Of a stretch of 64,000 nt of DNA, positions 36,301 to 50,388 are shown piece by piece (positions within the stretch are counted from its first letter, which is position 1; every line of letters begins with the position of its first letter). The translations under genes were made by a program, and so were the position numbers. Under the pieces are notes generated by a model. It saw only the letters and a program-made list of their open reading frames with translations, was not told the origin of the DNA and made no database searches. Source of the DNA: Anaeramoeba ignava BMAN. Lineage: Eukaryota > Protista > Anaeramoebae. The DNA lies in the NCBI GenBank assembly GCA_028826165.1, contig JAPDFW010000059.1, positions 620,001 to 684,000 on the forward strand, written 5' to 3'.

Positions 36301-39300
36301 TCTCCATTTTCTTCAATACTATCGAAAATGGAAAATCCACCAACTAATATTTATGATATTTCTGATTATTATGCTTTTCTCAAATATATTGAATATTATT
36401 ATTCACATGAAAACCAAGAAAAGAAGTCACTCTCACAAATTGTTTTGGATTCTTTTTTCAGAAATTTTGGATTTAGGAAAAAAATACCGAAAAACTTATT
36501 CAATGAAAACAAATTGAAAGAACTTCCAGATCTGAAAAATTTGAATTTAGCAAACTTGATATCAGGAAATATTCAAACAAATCAAACAAATAAATTTAGA
36601 ATTCAACAAAGGATATCATTACAAAAAAATTCACAAATTCTAAAATGTTCAAGGCATTTAATGTTAGTTATTCCAGAAAGTTCATTATTTCCTTTTATTC
36701 AAGAAAAATTTTTCAAAGATTCCATTTTGCTATTTGAATCAAACCCGAAATTTGAATCTTCTTCAATTAGAAGTAACAATATTGAAAAAAAGAAAATGGA
36801 GAAGGAAGAGGAAGATGAAATGATCAAGAATTTGATGCTAATTAAGAATTGCATTTCTGAAGGAAAATTACTTGTTCTTTTTGATTATCAAAAACTGTAT
36901 CCGTTCTTATATGATTTATTACATCAAATTTATTATGAAAAAAATAAGATTGTGTATACAAAGATTTTCCTTAAAAATGAAGCGATAAGTGTTGCTATGA
37001 ACCCTAATTTCAGATTAGTTATTGTTACATCAAAAGCAATAGAATATGAATTTAACCAAGAGAAAATGCTGAGACATTTTGAAAAACAGTATGTTGATTT
37101 TCCATTATTGTTCCCACTTTCAGAAAACAACCAAAAATTAGTTGAGCAATTGAAACTAAATTTAACAAGGATTGAATCTGAATGTAAAATCTATACTCAA
37201 AAAGAGTTTGTTTTCGGTTTTAATGAAAATTTTCTTCCATCAATTGTTATGAAATATGAAAATGAAGATGATGATCATAAACTTGAAATCATGAAAAAGA
37301 AATTATTCCAATTCTTCATATTTGGGAAAATGGTTCAGATTGACCAAATGATATCAAAAAAATCTGAATCAAAAAGCATTTTGAAGAAATATTTTTCTCA
37401 GCTTGACAATTCTTTTGATGATTTGATGAAAAAGGAAATCCTCTCAAAAAATGTCCAAAAATCTATCATTTTTACAAAATCAATGAAAATCAAACTTGGA
37501 AATCTTGCAGACAAATTTCCAGATTACTTATTTAGGGTTGTGGATTTTGAAAAGGAAAATATTTTAGAAAAGGAAGAAATTATTGAAGAATTTTTGAATA
37601 ATTGTGAGAAAAAAAAGAATTTTTTGGTGGTTCACTTTACACAAAATGAAATTGAACACTTTATTCGAATGAAAGTTTTTATTGATGAAATGATTACCTC
37701 AAAATTAGAAAAGCAAAAAAACAAAGACAAAAAGAAAAACCAAAAAGATCAATTTTATGTGATATTTTTCATGCACTTCTCTTCAGATTCCAGATCACAA
37801 AAAATCTCGTTTCAATTTGAAATGAATTGGGAATATTTCTATCTTGAAGAGCTATATCCAAAATTATCACTCAAAAACTTGCCAAAATCTCTTTTGTCGA
37901 TATTTGATCATTTTCAGCAAAAACAGGAATTGGAAAATTTGTGGAAAGATATCATTGGAGTATGTCTTTCAAAAATGGTTGATTCTACAAGTAAAAGTTT
38001 CAAAGACTTCAAGACATCATTTATAGAGTTATTTTTGGAAGAAAAAAAGAAAGAGCAAGTATTTCAGAAAATTCGAAGAATGATTAAAATGGGAATAAAA
38101 AACAAGCATTATATTTATGATTGGAATTTTAGTAAATTAAAAAAAGAGAAAGAAAGACCCATTCCTTTTCGATTGTTTGCTAAATTTATGAGCATATTGA
38201 TAGGGATTACTGATATATTTTTATCCAATATTAATCTTAATGGGGATTTATTTGAGTTGTTGTCTCCAGAAAAGAATGTAAATCGAGAATTATGGTTTGA
38301 GATGTTTGAATTGTATCAAATTCCATATTTTAAGATTTTGGATAATAAAAATCATGGTTGCGATGAAGAAAAAAGGATTGAAACCAAAGTTCCATTTGCT
38401 TTTCAATTATACTTATCAATACAAAATCCACAAAAAGAACCAAATGTATTTTTCAAGACTCCTTTAGATACTCCCAAAAATAAGCAAATATACAAAGAAT
38501 ATTTAGAAGATTTTATCAAATTAACACTCAAAATGAAAAAGTATTCCATTTTCAATTCTCTGAAAATTCATTTAAGGAGATGGATGCTGAAGTTTCAAGC
38601 GAGAAATAAAAAGCATTCTTTCCAGAAAATTCATTCCATTTATTTTGAAAAAATCCATCAAAATTTGAATTCAATACTTGAAATTAGTCCATTAATAAAT
38701 TATAGTACCAAAAAGAAGAGTTTTTCTCTTCTTTTGTTTATGCAAGAATTGATGAAGAAAATACAAGAAGATAAGGAAATACAAAAAGAAATGATGCAAA
38801 GAAAAAGATCTAGTCAAATTACGAATTTATTTAAATTTCTTGTTGAAATTGAAAACAAAGAGAAAGAAAGTGAAAATGAAAGTGAAAATCAAAATCAAAT
38901 TGAAGAATTAAATAATATTTGGCTTCTTGAATTATTTAAGTATCATTTCAATATAAATTTAGAAACACTAAATTCAAAAGAGAACTATTCAATAATGGAA
39001 AAAAAATTTATGGTGAACAAGATATCAGAAGTTTTGTTGAAAAAAATATTCCACAAACCATTTCGTTATAAGAATCTTTTTATTTGTAAGGCATCTGAAG
39101 AAAAAGAGTTACCGGTTTATATCACTTTGAAACCAAAAAAAGAAGAAGAAGAAGAAAAATGTCCGATTTGTAGAAAAAAGACGAAAGATCAAGATTCACA
39201 TTTTGAGAAAGTGGAAAAGAAAGATCGGATGAGAAGCAGGAAATCCATTAAATCTACTCTTGAACAATTTGCACAGTGTTTATCTTTTTATGGAGAATTA

Positions 39301-42300
39301 ATTTTTGAGAAGTTTGTTTTGAATGAACAAATAACAGGGAATTACAATATTGCACTTATTCAGGAATATTTGGATTATTTGCAAAAAAAAGCAAAATTGC
39401 TTCTTTTATTAAACTCAAAAGAAGTTCTTTATTCTGTGTATATTCCTTTCTTCAGAAATTTGCTTTTTTTAAGTGATAAAAAGAAAGTTTTTGATTTTAT
39501 TGATTCAATTTTAATTAAAACAGATTTGCAGCCTTTGAAGGATAAAATAGAAAATGTTAATCTTCTTTGTTGCATGAAAACACTTGAAGAAGATTATCGA
39601 TTGAGAGAGAAAATAAGAAAAGTAAAACAAGAAAGAACAAAGCAAAAAAAAGATTCTTCTCCAAGGAAAAGTAGTTTAACTCTTTCTCAAATTTCAACCT
39701 TAATTTCACAAAAGAAAAATTGTGAGAGAAATCCAAAAAAAATGGAGAGGTTGATAAAGAAAAGAAAGATTTTGAAGGTTTCAGGAAAAGAAATCCTGAG
39801 GAAGATGTTTCAGGATATTTATAATTTAAAAGGAAGGGATGGAGTGATAGGTTTTATTGAAAATGAAGCTCCAGAAAAAGTACGAAGTTTAGAAATTACA
39901 AAAGGAATTCTTTCTAAAGTTCAAAGTTTTCCAGTGATACAAAATATCATCTCAAAACGCAAGCTTTCTTTGCAGTATTATTATGACCAATATAAAATAG
40001 GGAATGATCTTTCATCACAATTTAGAAAAACACATATTGAATACAGTTCTGAAAATAAAATAGGTTATGTGGAATCAATTTTATATCGAAATTTTTGGGA
40101 AATTGAAAAAAGATTTGAAAACAAAGAAATTTTCAAAATGATGCTCCATTCCATTGAATTAATCGACGATTTGAAGATTCAACCTTTTAATTTTCTATTT
40201 TCCTCAGATATGATATCCGAAGTTGGAGAACCAAAGATAAAACAAGAATTACTTGAAAAACTTTATTGGCCATTGTCTACTTCTTATGATATTCCAGAAA
40301 AATATAGAAATGAGCAAAACTCATGGGAATTATGTGAAAAGAAGCATTTAAACTTTACGAAGTTTTCACACATCAAATTACAGAATTGGTGTGAATTTTG
40401 CCATGAAAATATGCAAGGAACGGAAGTTGAGGAAAGTTTTTTTATGAATACTTTATCTTATTCATTTCCCAAATATATCAATAAAAATCCTTCATTTACG
40501 GTCAGAGACATGGATCCAAAATGTTACAGGATTGTTTTCTTATTGATGCATTTGTCGATTATTCCCTTCATCATTATATCAGAAAAATTCTCAAATCATT
40601 TCATTTCATTGATTAATAATTTTGTTTTCAAGCCAGAAACCCAACAAGAATTAGAAACACAATTCATTTCTCATATAGAAAATTCATTATCAATTTTATC
40701 TGGTTTGATGGACCTTACTCAATATCAAACAATAATATATTACCACAAGTTTTTGGATTTAGTTTCAAAAAAGAAAATTCCTAGTGTATTTTTGAACAAG
40801 GAAAAATTTAAGCAAATGGAAACACGCAAAAGCATGGAAGATTTCTTCCAAGAAATCTACAAACAAAACGACAAGGAACTTATGCAAGAAGTTAATCAGG
40901 AAATTCCTCGAGAAATAATGGAAATTTCACAAAAAATTGAACCAGATTTATTTTCTTTTGAAAAAACAAATTTTGATGGGATTATTAATTTGTATCACAA
41001 AAACAAAGAAGAACCAAAGGAAGAACCAAAGAGAAATGAATATCCATTGACTCATTTTGTAATTGAGAATATGAATCAATTAAAAATTTTAAATTTGTTT
41101 GGAGGTTTTGTGAAATTTGCAAGCTTTTTAATTCAGAAAGTAAATGGGAAAATTACTAGAGAAGAATCCAAAAGAATTACAATTCAGAATTTGATTGCTA
41201 GAGAAGGAGAAAATGTTTTGCATTTGTTTTCTGAATTCAAGAGATTTTGGAAGCGATGTTCGAAAGAATTGAGAAGTCTTCAAATAATAAAAGATATTCC
41301 CAATAGCATATTTAAAAATGAGATTGATGAAGGAGCTCCAATAGAAATATGTTTACCTGGGAAAGAGAAAGAAAATTTACAAATTTCTATATTGATTGAA
41401 TATTCAATCGAATTACATAATCGTTTGATTTTTTCAAAAGATTTAGAAAGTATTTTTGGAGAAAACAAAGTTGAAATTAAATCAAAAATCAAATTTCCAG
41501 TTGATTTGGATGATTTTAATTCATCTCAGTTTCTGAGGTTTGATATGCAAGATTTTATTAAGAATAATTTTGTTTCAGAACTTGTTCTTGTTGAAAAGCG
41601 AATTAAAGAAACGTTTTGTGATGTAAAACAAAAAGTGGAGTTTGATTTTGAAATTGAGAATTTTTCTTATTTGGATCAAAAACCAGAATTGGAAACAGAT
41701 TTTCTTCAAAAAACAATATGGAAACAAAAAGATATGAAAATATATCAATGGAAAAGAATAGAAAAAGAAGCAGGGAAGCATGGTATGTTAAGAATAAGTG
41801 AAAGAATTATTGGAGATATGATTGAAAGTTGTAAGAGGATTAGAAAGGAAGAAAATATATCAAAAGTAAGGAAAATGAAGATTTTTGAAATGATAAGAAA
41901 TTCATATTTTGAAGATATTGAAAAATTTTCTCCATCATTTAAACAATTTGCGAAAATAAAACATCTTTTATTTATTCATAAAAAGTTAAAAGAAAATACT
42001 GAAAAATTAATTAATTCAATTCCAAAAAAGTTCAGAGTTCAAATGACAAATTTTCAAATGAATGAATTGAAAAAGTCTTTAGAAAAAATTCATTTGAATG
42101 ATTTTCTTGGAGTTTTTGAAGGTTTTATCAAGAAAATTGGAGAACAATTTAATCGAAATTATCCAATTAGGGATTTATTACTTTTATCAATTGAAGATAA
42201 AAAATCAAAGATTTATATTCAAACTGAGGAATATTTTGATTTAAATAAGACAATTTTTTTAGGGAATTGTTTATCTATTCGTTTATATTATTGGAATATT

Positions 42301-42312
42301 TTCAAAATCTAA
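27396..42312 (+). CDS. RNF213: Giant RNF213/mysterin-like AAA+ protein (~4900 aa), intron 35707-35800, five single-base frameshifts (~28036, ~30376, ~31005, ~34140, ~34530-34580)
   Basis: Ordered RNF213-type blocks: LFTSQLCGTGKSYQI; LTYNNALKIFHIKFRFFSNIPVI; LFHEINT..LKEILLDRSCNGVPL; IFDFGSL..EETKYI; IAETLPLKENI..RIPLLING; SRHLMLV; IKNCISEGKLLVL...LYPFLYDLLHQIY; NPNFRLVIV; RHFEKQYV; RZ-like C..H..C..C; VRDMDPKCYRIVFLLMH. Confidence 0.8.
28860..30410 (+). repeat. Coding N/D/E low-complexity tract with 4 copies of a DSDTD(Y/T)DTDSDMENQNN unit
   Basis: In frame in ORF 27940-30378; units near 28990, 29150, 29310 and 29535. Confidence 0.9.
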
Positions 42313-42540
42313 AATTCAATTCAATTCAAAATTAAAATTCAAAATTAAAATTAAAATTCAATTCAAAATTCAATTCAAAATTAAAATTCAATTTGAAATT
42401 AAAATTCAATTCAATTCGAAATTAAAATTCAAAATTCAAAATTAAAATTCAAAATTAAAATTAAAATTCAATTCAAAAATAAATTCAATTTGAAATTAAA
42501 ATTCAATTTGAAATTAAAATTCAAAATTAAAATTAAAAAT
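42313..42540 (+). repeat. (AAAATT/AAATTC/AATTC)n array downstream of the RNF213-like gene
   Basis: Directly visible. Confidence 0.85.
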
Positions 42541-42774
42541 GAAAAATTTTTTTTGCTTCTTTTATTTCTTAAAAAAAAAAGAAGAACAAAATGAAGAACA
42601 AAAAATTCAAAACAAAATCTTTTCATTTTCTTTATTATTTTATTAATTTTAATTTTAATTTTAATTTTTTGGATTTTTTTAATTGAAAAGAAAAAAGAAA
42701 AAAGAAAAAGAAAAAAAAATTTTTTCATTTTTTTTTATTTCATTTTTTTTTTCATTTTTAATTTAAAATTTATA

Positions 42775-45700
42775 ATGACAACAGAAAAAAATGAAGAAAT
42801 AAAATTAAATACAACAGATCAAGAAATAAAAAATGATTCAAAAAAACCAGAAGAAGATGAAGATAAATTTAAAATTGAAGAAGTTAAAAATAAAGAAGAA
42901 AAAGAAGAAGAAAATAAAATTGAAGAAGAAAAGAAAGAAAATAAAATTGAAAAAGACAATATCGAAACAGATAAACAAAAAGAAGAAGAAGAAACAAAAA
43001 CAAATGAAAAGAAACGGAAAGAAGAAAATGAATTGGAAAACAAAGAAGAAAAACAAAATTCAAAAGAAGAAGAAAAAAAAAAAGCAAAAGAAGAAACGCG
43101 AAAATTTTCAGGAATTCTTCGCGGAAAACTGAAGAGTGTAGCGAGACATTCTATACAGATTGCGAATACGCAACCAGTTATAGCGCGTTCACAAACATTT
43201 CGCAATCAAAAAAAAGGATTTTTTGATGAGCTAATTGAAATCAATAAAGCATTTGAAACTGAAAATGTAAATGAAGATGTTTTAAAAAGATTTCCAACAG
43301 CAGGAAGACTTATGGGCTATTGGGATTCTTATTCAAGAAATACTTTTGCAGCAAAAAATCTTATGGTCCAAAGTAAAACAACCAACGGAAAATCCAGTAC
43401 AACATCAACTAAGCAATCAACTAAAAAATCTAACTTTGCAAATGAAAAACAAGTTAAAAAATCTCCACTTTCTATTCCAAACAATCAAAATCATGATTCA
43501 AAAGAAAATATTATTCCTTCTCTTGAAAATGCAGATAATCAAAGTGAAAATTTGAATGATGATTTGTTTGGTAATATTTCAAAGGAAAGTGTTAGTGATT
43601 CAGATAGTTCAGAAAATTTAAAAGAAAATTCAAAAGAAAATCTAAAAGAAAATTCAAAAGAAAATTTAAAAGAAAATTCAAAAGAAAATTCAAAAGAAAA
43701 TTTCAAAAGAAAATTTAAAAAACGAACCAAAAAAAACGAAAAAAAATCAATCAAAATCAAGATCAAATTCAAATCCAAAACAAAAAACAAGATCAAAATC
43801 AAGATCAAATTCAAAATCACAAGAAAAACAAATTCCTCAAGAAATTCAAGTCGATTCTAACCAAGAAATCAAACCTCAAAAAATCAGGAAACAATCAGTT
43901 CTTAGTTATGCTGAACAATTATTTCTTGATCCATTTGCTTTGGATTCAGATTCGATTTTTAATTCGGATTCAGATGCTATTGATAAAGAAAGTGATGAAA
44001 TTGAATTACCAAAATCACCTAAAATAAAAGCAAATTCGAAACTAAAATCAAAACAAAAAATTACAAAGAAAAAAGAAAAACAAGTTGAAAATGTGAATCA
44101 AAAAGATGATCAAAAAACTGCAACTCCTGATCAAATTCTCAAAGTGCAAACTATGGAAATTACACAAAGAGAATTTATTCAAACAGGATATGAACTTTGT
44201 GAAATTCCAGAATTTAATTTAGAATTTCCTTTATTATCAAATGAAAAACCAAAAGGTTAATTTAATTTAATTTGAAATTTAAATTTAAATTTAAATTGAA
44301 AAAAAAAATATTTTATCCAAAAATTAGAAAATATATTCTTTAAAGCTTTATTGGATTTTGGAGATGATACTCAACTTGAATTCGAAATTGATAATTTAAT
44401 GAAGCATTCTTTACTAAAAGATTTTTCTATTGAAAATGTTCTGAAGATAATAGAAGATGATAAAATTGAATTGAAAAAATCATCACATTTAGAATTAGTT
44501 AATTTAAAGAAATGCTATATTTCAAAAGATATCATTTCAATGTTTGTGTTATTGTTTTTTTAAAAGAAAATTGAAAAAGTAATTGGAAATTCTTTTATAA
44601 ATTTTTAGATGTCGAAAAGCATATCAAATTTATTATTTGACACTTGATCTGGTGGAGATTCTATTTGAAAAGAAAGAATCTTTGCAAGAAAATGATCAAA
44701 CTGATGAAAAGATTCGAAATCAAAAAATAATATCCAAAATTGTTCAATTTTTAACAAAATTCCAAGTTGTAAAACATGGATATATATCAAAAAAAACTAT
44801 GATTGAAAATTCATTTATAAATGAAGAAGAACGAAAAGGAAAAATTCATAAATTAATACATAAAATGACGAAAATAAGGAAAAAAAGAAGCGAAGAATAT
44901 CAAGAAAAATTCAACAAATTATTTGGAGATGTAAGAACAACATCTGGATTAAGAGTTGACAAGTTGGCTCAAGTAGTTGAGTCAGAAGAAGAGCAAATCC
45001 AATCAAGTGATATTTATCTATTTATAAATGCTTTTACAAAACACTTAATATTTAAATATGATATTCCAGATGAGTATTATAAGTTGATTTATATTTTATC
45101 ATCAAGATTAATTTTCCCAAAAATCTCGTCTTTTTGCTCGAAATTGATTGAATCTAAATACGGCCAAAAAGACAGAGAATTTGCAAAGAAAACTTTTTTA
45201 TTGAAGAAAATGCAACTCAAAAAAATTGGTTTATCTTCTTGTTTACTTCCAAGAAAAAATCAAAATGCACCAAAATATGAAATTATAAAAAACAAACCTG
45301 AAAATGAAAACATAGAATCCAAACAAACCAATTCAAAAAATAATTCTTTTCCTTTTGAACATGCTATTCAAAAATTTATTACAATTGGATTTCGTTCAGT
45401 TCCTTATGATTCTTTAATGTTTTTCAATAAAATTTTTAATTTAATAATTGAAGAAGCGAAATTTTATAAATCTTCACAAAAAAAGAAAAGAAATCCAAAT
45501 CAAGTTGTTTTAACTCCTAAAGAAGTAAATGAATTATTAAATTATTTAATTTAAATTATTTAATATTAATTATTTTTTTTTTTTCAAAGATTTCATCAAC
45601 TTTAAGTTATGTATTGATTCAAGCTAATCCAGTTAATCTTCAAACTTGTGTTGCTTTTATTCAGAATTTTTCTTCTCCAGAAGATTTAGAATCAAATGCT

Positions 45701-45834
45701 GGAAAAAATTTTAAACTTTTTTGTGGTAAAATTATAAAATATAAATTAAAAATTAAATATAAATTAAATTAAAAATTAAATATTAAATTCTTTTTTTAGA
45801 TTCAATTGAATTTATTGAACAACTAAAAATTTGA
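42775..45834 (+). CDS. VPS9-domain protein with long charged N-terminus; introns ~44256-44327, ~44542-44608, 45525-45589, 45726-45799; frameshift near 43702
   Basis: Spliced C-terminus FPFEHAIQKF...VPYDSL...VLTPKE|ISSTLSYVLIQANPVNLQTCVAFIQNF...FCD|SIEFIEQLKI* fits the VPS9 fold (YVLIxANPxNL). Confidence 0.78.
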
Positions 45835-45937
45835 AAGAGTTGATTTTAAGGAAACATTAATATTTTCTTTTTTTTTTTTTCATTTTTCATTTTTCATTTT
45901 TCATTTTTTTTCTTTTCATTTAAATGAAACAATTTAA

Positions 45938-48623
45938 TTAATTTACTTCATTTGAATTTTCTTTTAAATTTTCTTTTCTTTTTTTTGAAAGAAGTAATTG
46001 AAGGAAATTTTGAAATTTTTCTTTTTGAAAATGAAAAACAAAGAATTGATTTGTTTCTGAATTTGAAATTTGAAGAATTGGTTGATTTGGGAATTTTTTA
46101 ATTTTGATAAATTTTAAAGGAAAATGATATAAATCAGAATTATTAATTGAAATTTGTAAATCTTTGTTTTGAAAAGAAAGTTGACCAGAACCTAAAGTAT
46201 TTTGATCATTAGGATTAATCCAAACAACAAAAAATAATTGATTTTCTTCTAAAATAATTTTGTTTTCATTTTCTTTTAAAATAATTTTGTTTTCGTTTTC
46301 TTTTTCTTCTTCTATTAAAACTCGTATTTGTTTTAATTTCAAACAAAATTCTTCACAATCATTATAATTTAAAAATTCAAAAGTAAATTTTTCTTCTTCA
46401 AATTCTAAAATACTTTGAATATGAAGATCTCTTTTCATTGAAATTTTGAAAGAATTTATAATTGAAATTTCTTTTTTGTTTTGAAATTGATCTATAATTT
46501 TAAAAATCCATATTTTTGATTTGTTATTAAAATTGAGTTGTATTTTTCCATTGTAAATAGAATTTTGGGAATCATAAATAACACAATTAAACCATCGAGA
46601 ACTTTTAAATAATAATAATAATTGTTTGGATTCATTTGATTTTGTTGAATCTTGAAAATTATCTACAAATTCATCTTCTTCAATTTTTATATTTTCAAAA
46701 CAATTCAAAATTTGATCTTTTCTTTTTTGCAAAAAAGATTCAATAAAATGAGAAATTTCAACTTGATTTTTTGATGAAGATATTGTATAAAAATGCTCTT
46801 TATCAAAAAAAATTTTCAATAAATTTGATTTTGCAGAATTTTGAATCAACTAATTAAAAAGAAAATGATGAATTTTTTAATTTTCAATTTTAAATCATTT
46901 CCAATTTTAAATTTACTCTTGCTGAATTTAAATTAGAACAAGAAAAAAAACCATCATTCAAAGAAATGAATATTTCATCTTTTGTAAGAATAATTGTTGA
47001 ATTAAAAGGTTTTGAAAATGTTTCTTTTTCTTTTTCATTTTCATTTGATAGAAAAAATTGAAAATATTCTCTTTTGGAATTATCAATTAAATTTGATAAA
47101 AGTGTTTGAAGTAATAAATAGAAATTTGTTGAATCAAATTGATTTTGGAAGAAAAGATGATATTCAACTTGTTTTTGAGGTTGAATTTTAAAATGATTTT
47201 CTGATTGATTTAAAATTTCAAACTAATTGATTTTGAAAAAAAAAACAAAATATTTTTTGTTTTTAAATAAAGGAAGAAAGAAATTGATTTGGAAAAGATG
47301 ATAAAAATGATTAGCAAACTTGAAATTTTGGAGTGAACGGATAAAATATTGTCATTTCATTTGTAAAAATTGTAAAACCAAAACGGCAAAAAGAAATGAA
47401 GCAATTTTGATCAAAAGATTTTTCTTGATAATTTAATTTGATTGGAAAACTGAATTTGGAATCCATTTGTGTTTTTGATAATATTTCAAATTGAGGAATT
47501 AAATTTAAAATGGGATTTTTTGTTTGTTCTTGATTTTTTTGGAAGAATTGATTAAAAAATGCATGAAAACATCGAAAAAGTAATTCAATTATTAAAACAT
47601 CTTCTGAAAATATCAATAAAGAATCATTTTCAATTGAAATGATTAGAATATTTGTGTTTGACTGATCAATTTGAAACTATTGAAATCCAAATGAGAAATA
47701 TTTAAAAAATGGATTCCTTTCTTTTTCTTTTTCTTTTTCTTTTTCTTTTTACATTTAAATTGAAATTCCAATTAAAAATGAGTGTTTGAAATTCATCAGA
47801 AATGAATTGAAAATTTTTTTGATTGAGAATAACTTCGACTGGAATAAATTTAAAATTTTGTTTTGAAATAAAATGAAGAGGGAATTTAACTGTCCCATTT
47901 TCAACACATCTCTTTGTTATTGCATCTAATTCAGAAGTTTCTAAAAATAAAAATATAAAACAAAACAACAAAAACAAAGTGGAATTTTTTGTTTGTCAAT
48001 TTTCATCAATAATGAAGACACTTTGATATAATTGTTCATCACCAAAATTTTTGGTTCGAATTTCAAAGATGTTGTTTTCTAATTTAATGTCTTGTTGGAA
48101 GACTTACTGTTTTGGAAAATTCCTGATAAATTAATTGATCCTGCTTGAATTATATAAAAATCTTGATAAAAATGTTTGAATAATAAAAATGTTTTATATA
48201 AAATAAACTGTTCAGAATAGTTTTTTGTATAAATAACATATTCTTGTTTCTCGTTTGATAATTGAATCATTTTGTCACTTTTATTAGAAAGCGTTATCTT
48301 TTTGAAATTTAAAAGGAAAAAAATTTTTTAAAATTGTTTTTTCATTTTTAAATTATTTTTTTTACATTTATTTTCGGAATTTCAATTAATATATCCTTTT
48401 TTTCAGAAGAAATACGAATTTGAAAGTATTGTGGATTTAAAATCACAACACAATCTTGAAATTTTCCATTTTCATTTTGGAAAATACACTAAAAGAAAAA
48501 TTTTTTTTTTCAATTATTTTTTTTTAAATTTTTTTTTTTCAAAATCAAAAATACTTGAAAATGTGCATTTTTTTTAGCAAAATTATTTTGTGAAATGAAA
48601 ATTAACTTTTGATAATTAAACAT
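45938..48623 (-). CDS. Unknown multi-exon protein, apparently several degenerate PH-like beta-sandwich modules
   Basis: Series of minus-strand ORFs separated by short GT-AG AT-rich introns; probable start MFNYQKL..AHFQ|CIFQNENGKFQDC..; strand-rich modules ending in helices (FEFLNYNDCEEFCLKLKQ). Exon boundaries only partly resolved. Confidence 0.5.
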
Positions 48624-48661
48624 TCCAAAAAGAAAATGATGAAAAAAATGAAAATAAAATT

Positions 48662-50344
48662 TTAATTTTGATTATTAAATTTGTTAATTAATAAATCAAA
48701 TAAATTTGGATTTGTTTGATTTAATTGAAAATAATCAATTCCAATTTGAATTTCATCAATTATTTCTTGTGTAATTTCAATTCCATCTTTAATTTGATTT
48801 GAATAAATCCAATATTCAAATATTTGAAATGATTTATTACTTAATTCACTATAATCTGTAACTTTATTAGATTTATCATTTGTTACAGATAAAAACATTC
48901 CTCGATATAATTCACTTCTCATTATTAATATTAATTTTGGAAATTTATATTGTTTTTCTTTTCTTTCAATTATAAAATCTTTTTCATTTTCATTTTCATT
49001 TTCATTTAAATAAATTCTTTTCATTGTTTCTTCAATTTTTTCATTTGAATTTATAATTTCTTTAATTTCAGAATATAATTTTGGATTTATTATTCTGTTT
49101 GAATAAATCATTTCAAATATTTGATTTGATTCTTTAATTGATTTTTTTGAAATAATTTCTTGAAGTTTTTCATTTTGATTTTGATTTAATCTATATTTCA
49201 ATATTAATTTATGAGCTTCAATTATTTCTCCATTTTCGGTTTTAAATGAAATATCACAAAATTCTTTTCTTTCAAATAATTTTATCAAATCTTCTTCAAG
49301 ATTGGAAAAAGGAGAAAGAAAAGGAGAATAATAAAGAAATGATCTATCAAATCCACAATGAACATGATAATTGGAAATATTTTCATTAAATCTTAATTTA
49401 GGAAGTTCAATTTGAATTGGAATTAATTTTTAATTTTGATTTGGAAGTTAAAATCAAAGTATGACATTTCCAACAGAAAAATCAAGAATATTATCATCAT
49501 TTTCAAATAAAGATGATTTGATTTCAGTAAATTCAATTGATCCACATGAATAAAGTTTTCTTTTTGCATTTTCATCTTCAATCAACATTATTGTATAAGC
49601 ATATCCAGATTTAATATCAATTATTTTACCTTTTGGAATATTTTGGATTTTGGTTAATTTTCTAATTTTTGTTTCTTCTTTTCTTGATTCTCCTAATCCA
49701 AGTTGACCATCGTCATTATTTCCGCATACAACTAATTCTTGGTTTGAATTTAAAAGAAAAACATGAGCTGAAGTATTTCCTGAAAATATTTTAGAAACAT
49801 TTTTCATCATTAAAATTGGTTTTTCTGTATTTTTAAGTGTTTCAGAATCAAAACTAAGTTGGCTATATAGATTCGAACCAATTCCATAAGCATTTTGATT
49901 TGAAGTTAATAAATAAATTGAATTTCTTCCAGAAACAATATCTTGAATTATTCTATCATTTGTATCTTTAATTAATGATGAAATATTGATAAATTCTTTT
50001 GGATTTTTTGGATTAATATCTTCTCCTTTGGCAAATACATTTCCTTCTTTTGTTAAAATAGCTTCATTATGATAACCAACAGTTACTTTTTGAATATTTT
50101 CTTCAATTTGGATTTTTTCAAGATTTTGTTTTGAATTTCTTTCATTTAAATATTCTATTGCTTTTCCATTTTTAAAAAGGAAAATTGTTGAATAATTTCC
50201 TGATGAAATTTGTTTAATTTGTTTTTCATTTTCATTTTCATTTTCATTTTCAAATTTAAATTGAATTGGTTTTGTTATTATATTTGGTTTATTTTTAATA
50301 AGTTTTGGATAATTATTTAAACCAAAAAATATAATTTCATTCAT
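48662..50344 (-). pseudogene. RCC1-BTB-BTB copy A, disrupted (internal deletions ~49538 and ~49430, frameshift)
   Basis: ORFs 49454-50344 and 48662-49288 are the two halves of one family member; the NGLG loop and the last GxNxxGQLGTGD motif are missing. Confidence 0.8.
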
Positions 50345-50388
50345 TTTTGAAAAAGAAAAAAATGAAAAAATAATTTTTGATTTTAATT

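Noticed and set aside
27396-42312. Programmed (Euplotes-type) frameshifting or stop-codon reassignment to explain split ORFs
   Set aside because: Breaks change frame rather than read through; they are both +1 and -1 and sit in A/T runs. At 9990, 13303, ~34570 and 43702 the shift occurs well before the stop. About ten such events across unrelated genes fit long-read homopolymer errors. TAA and TGA end conserved genes normally.
27396-42312. Treating the seven consecutive ORFs as separate genes or an operon
   Set aside because: RNF213 blocks continue in order across the breaks, including in the inter-ORF gap at 34590-34712 and across the intron.
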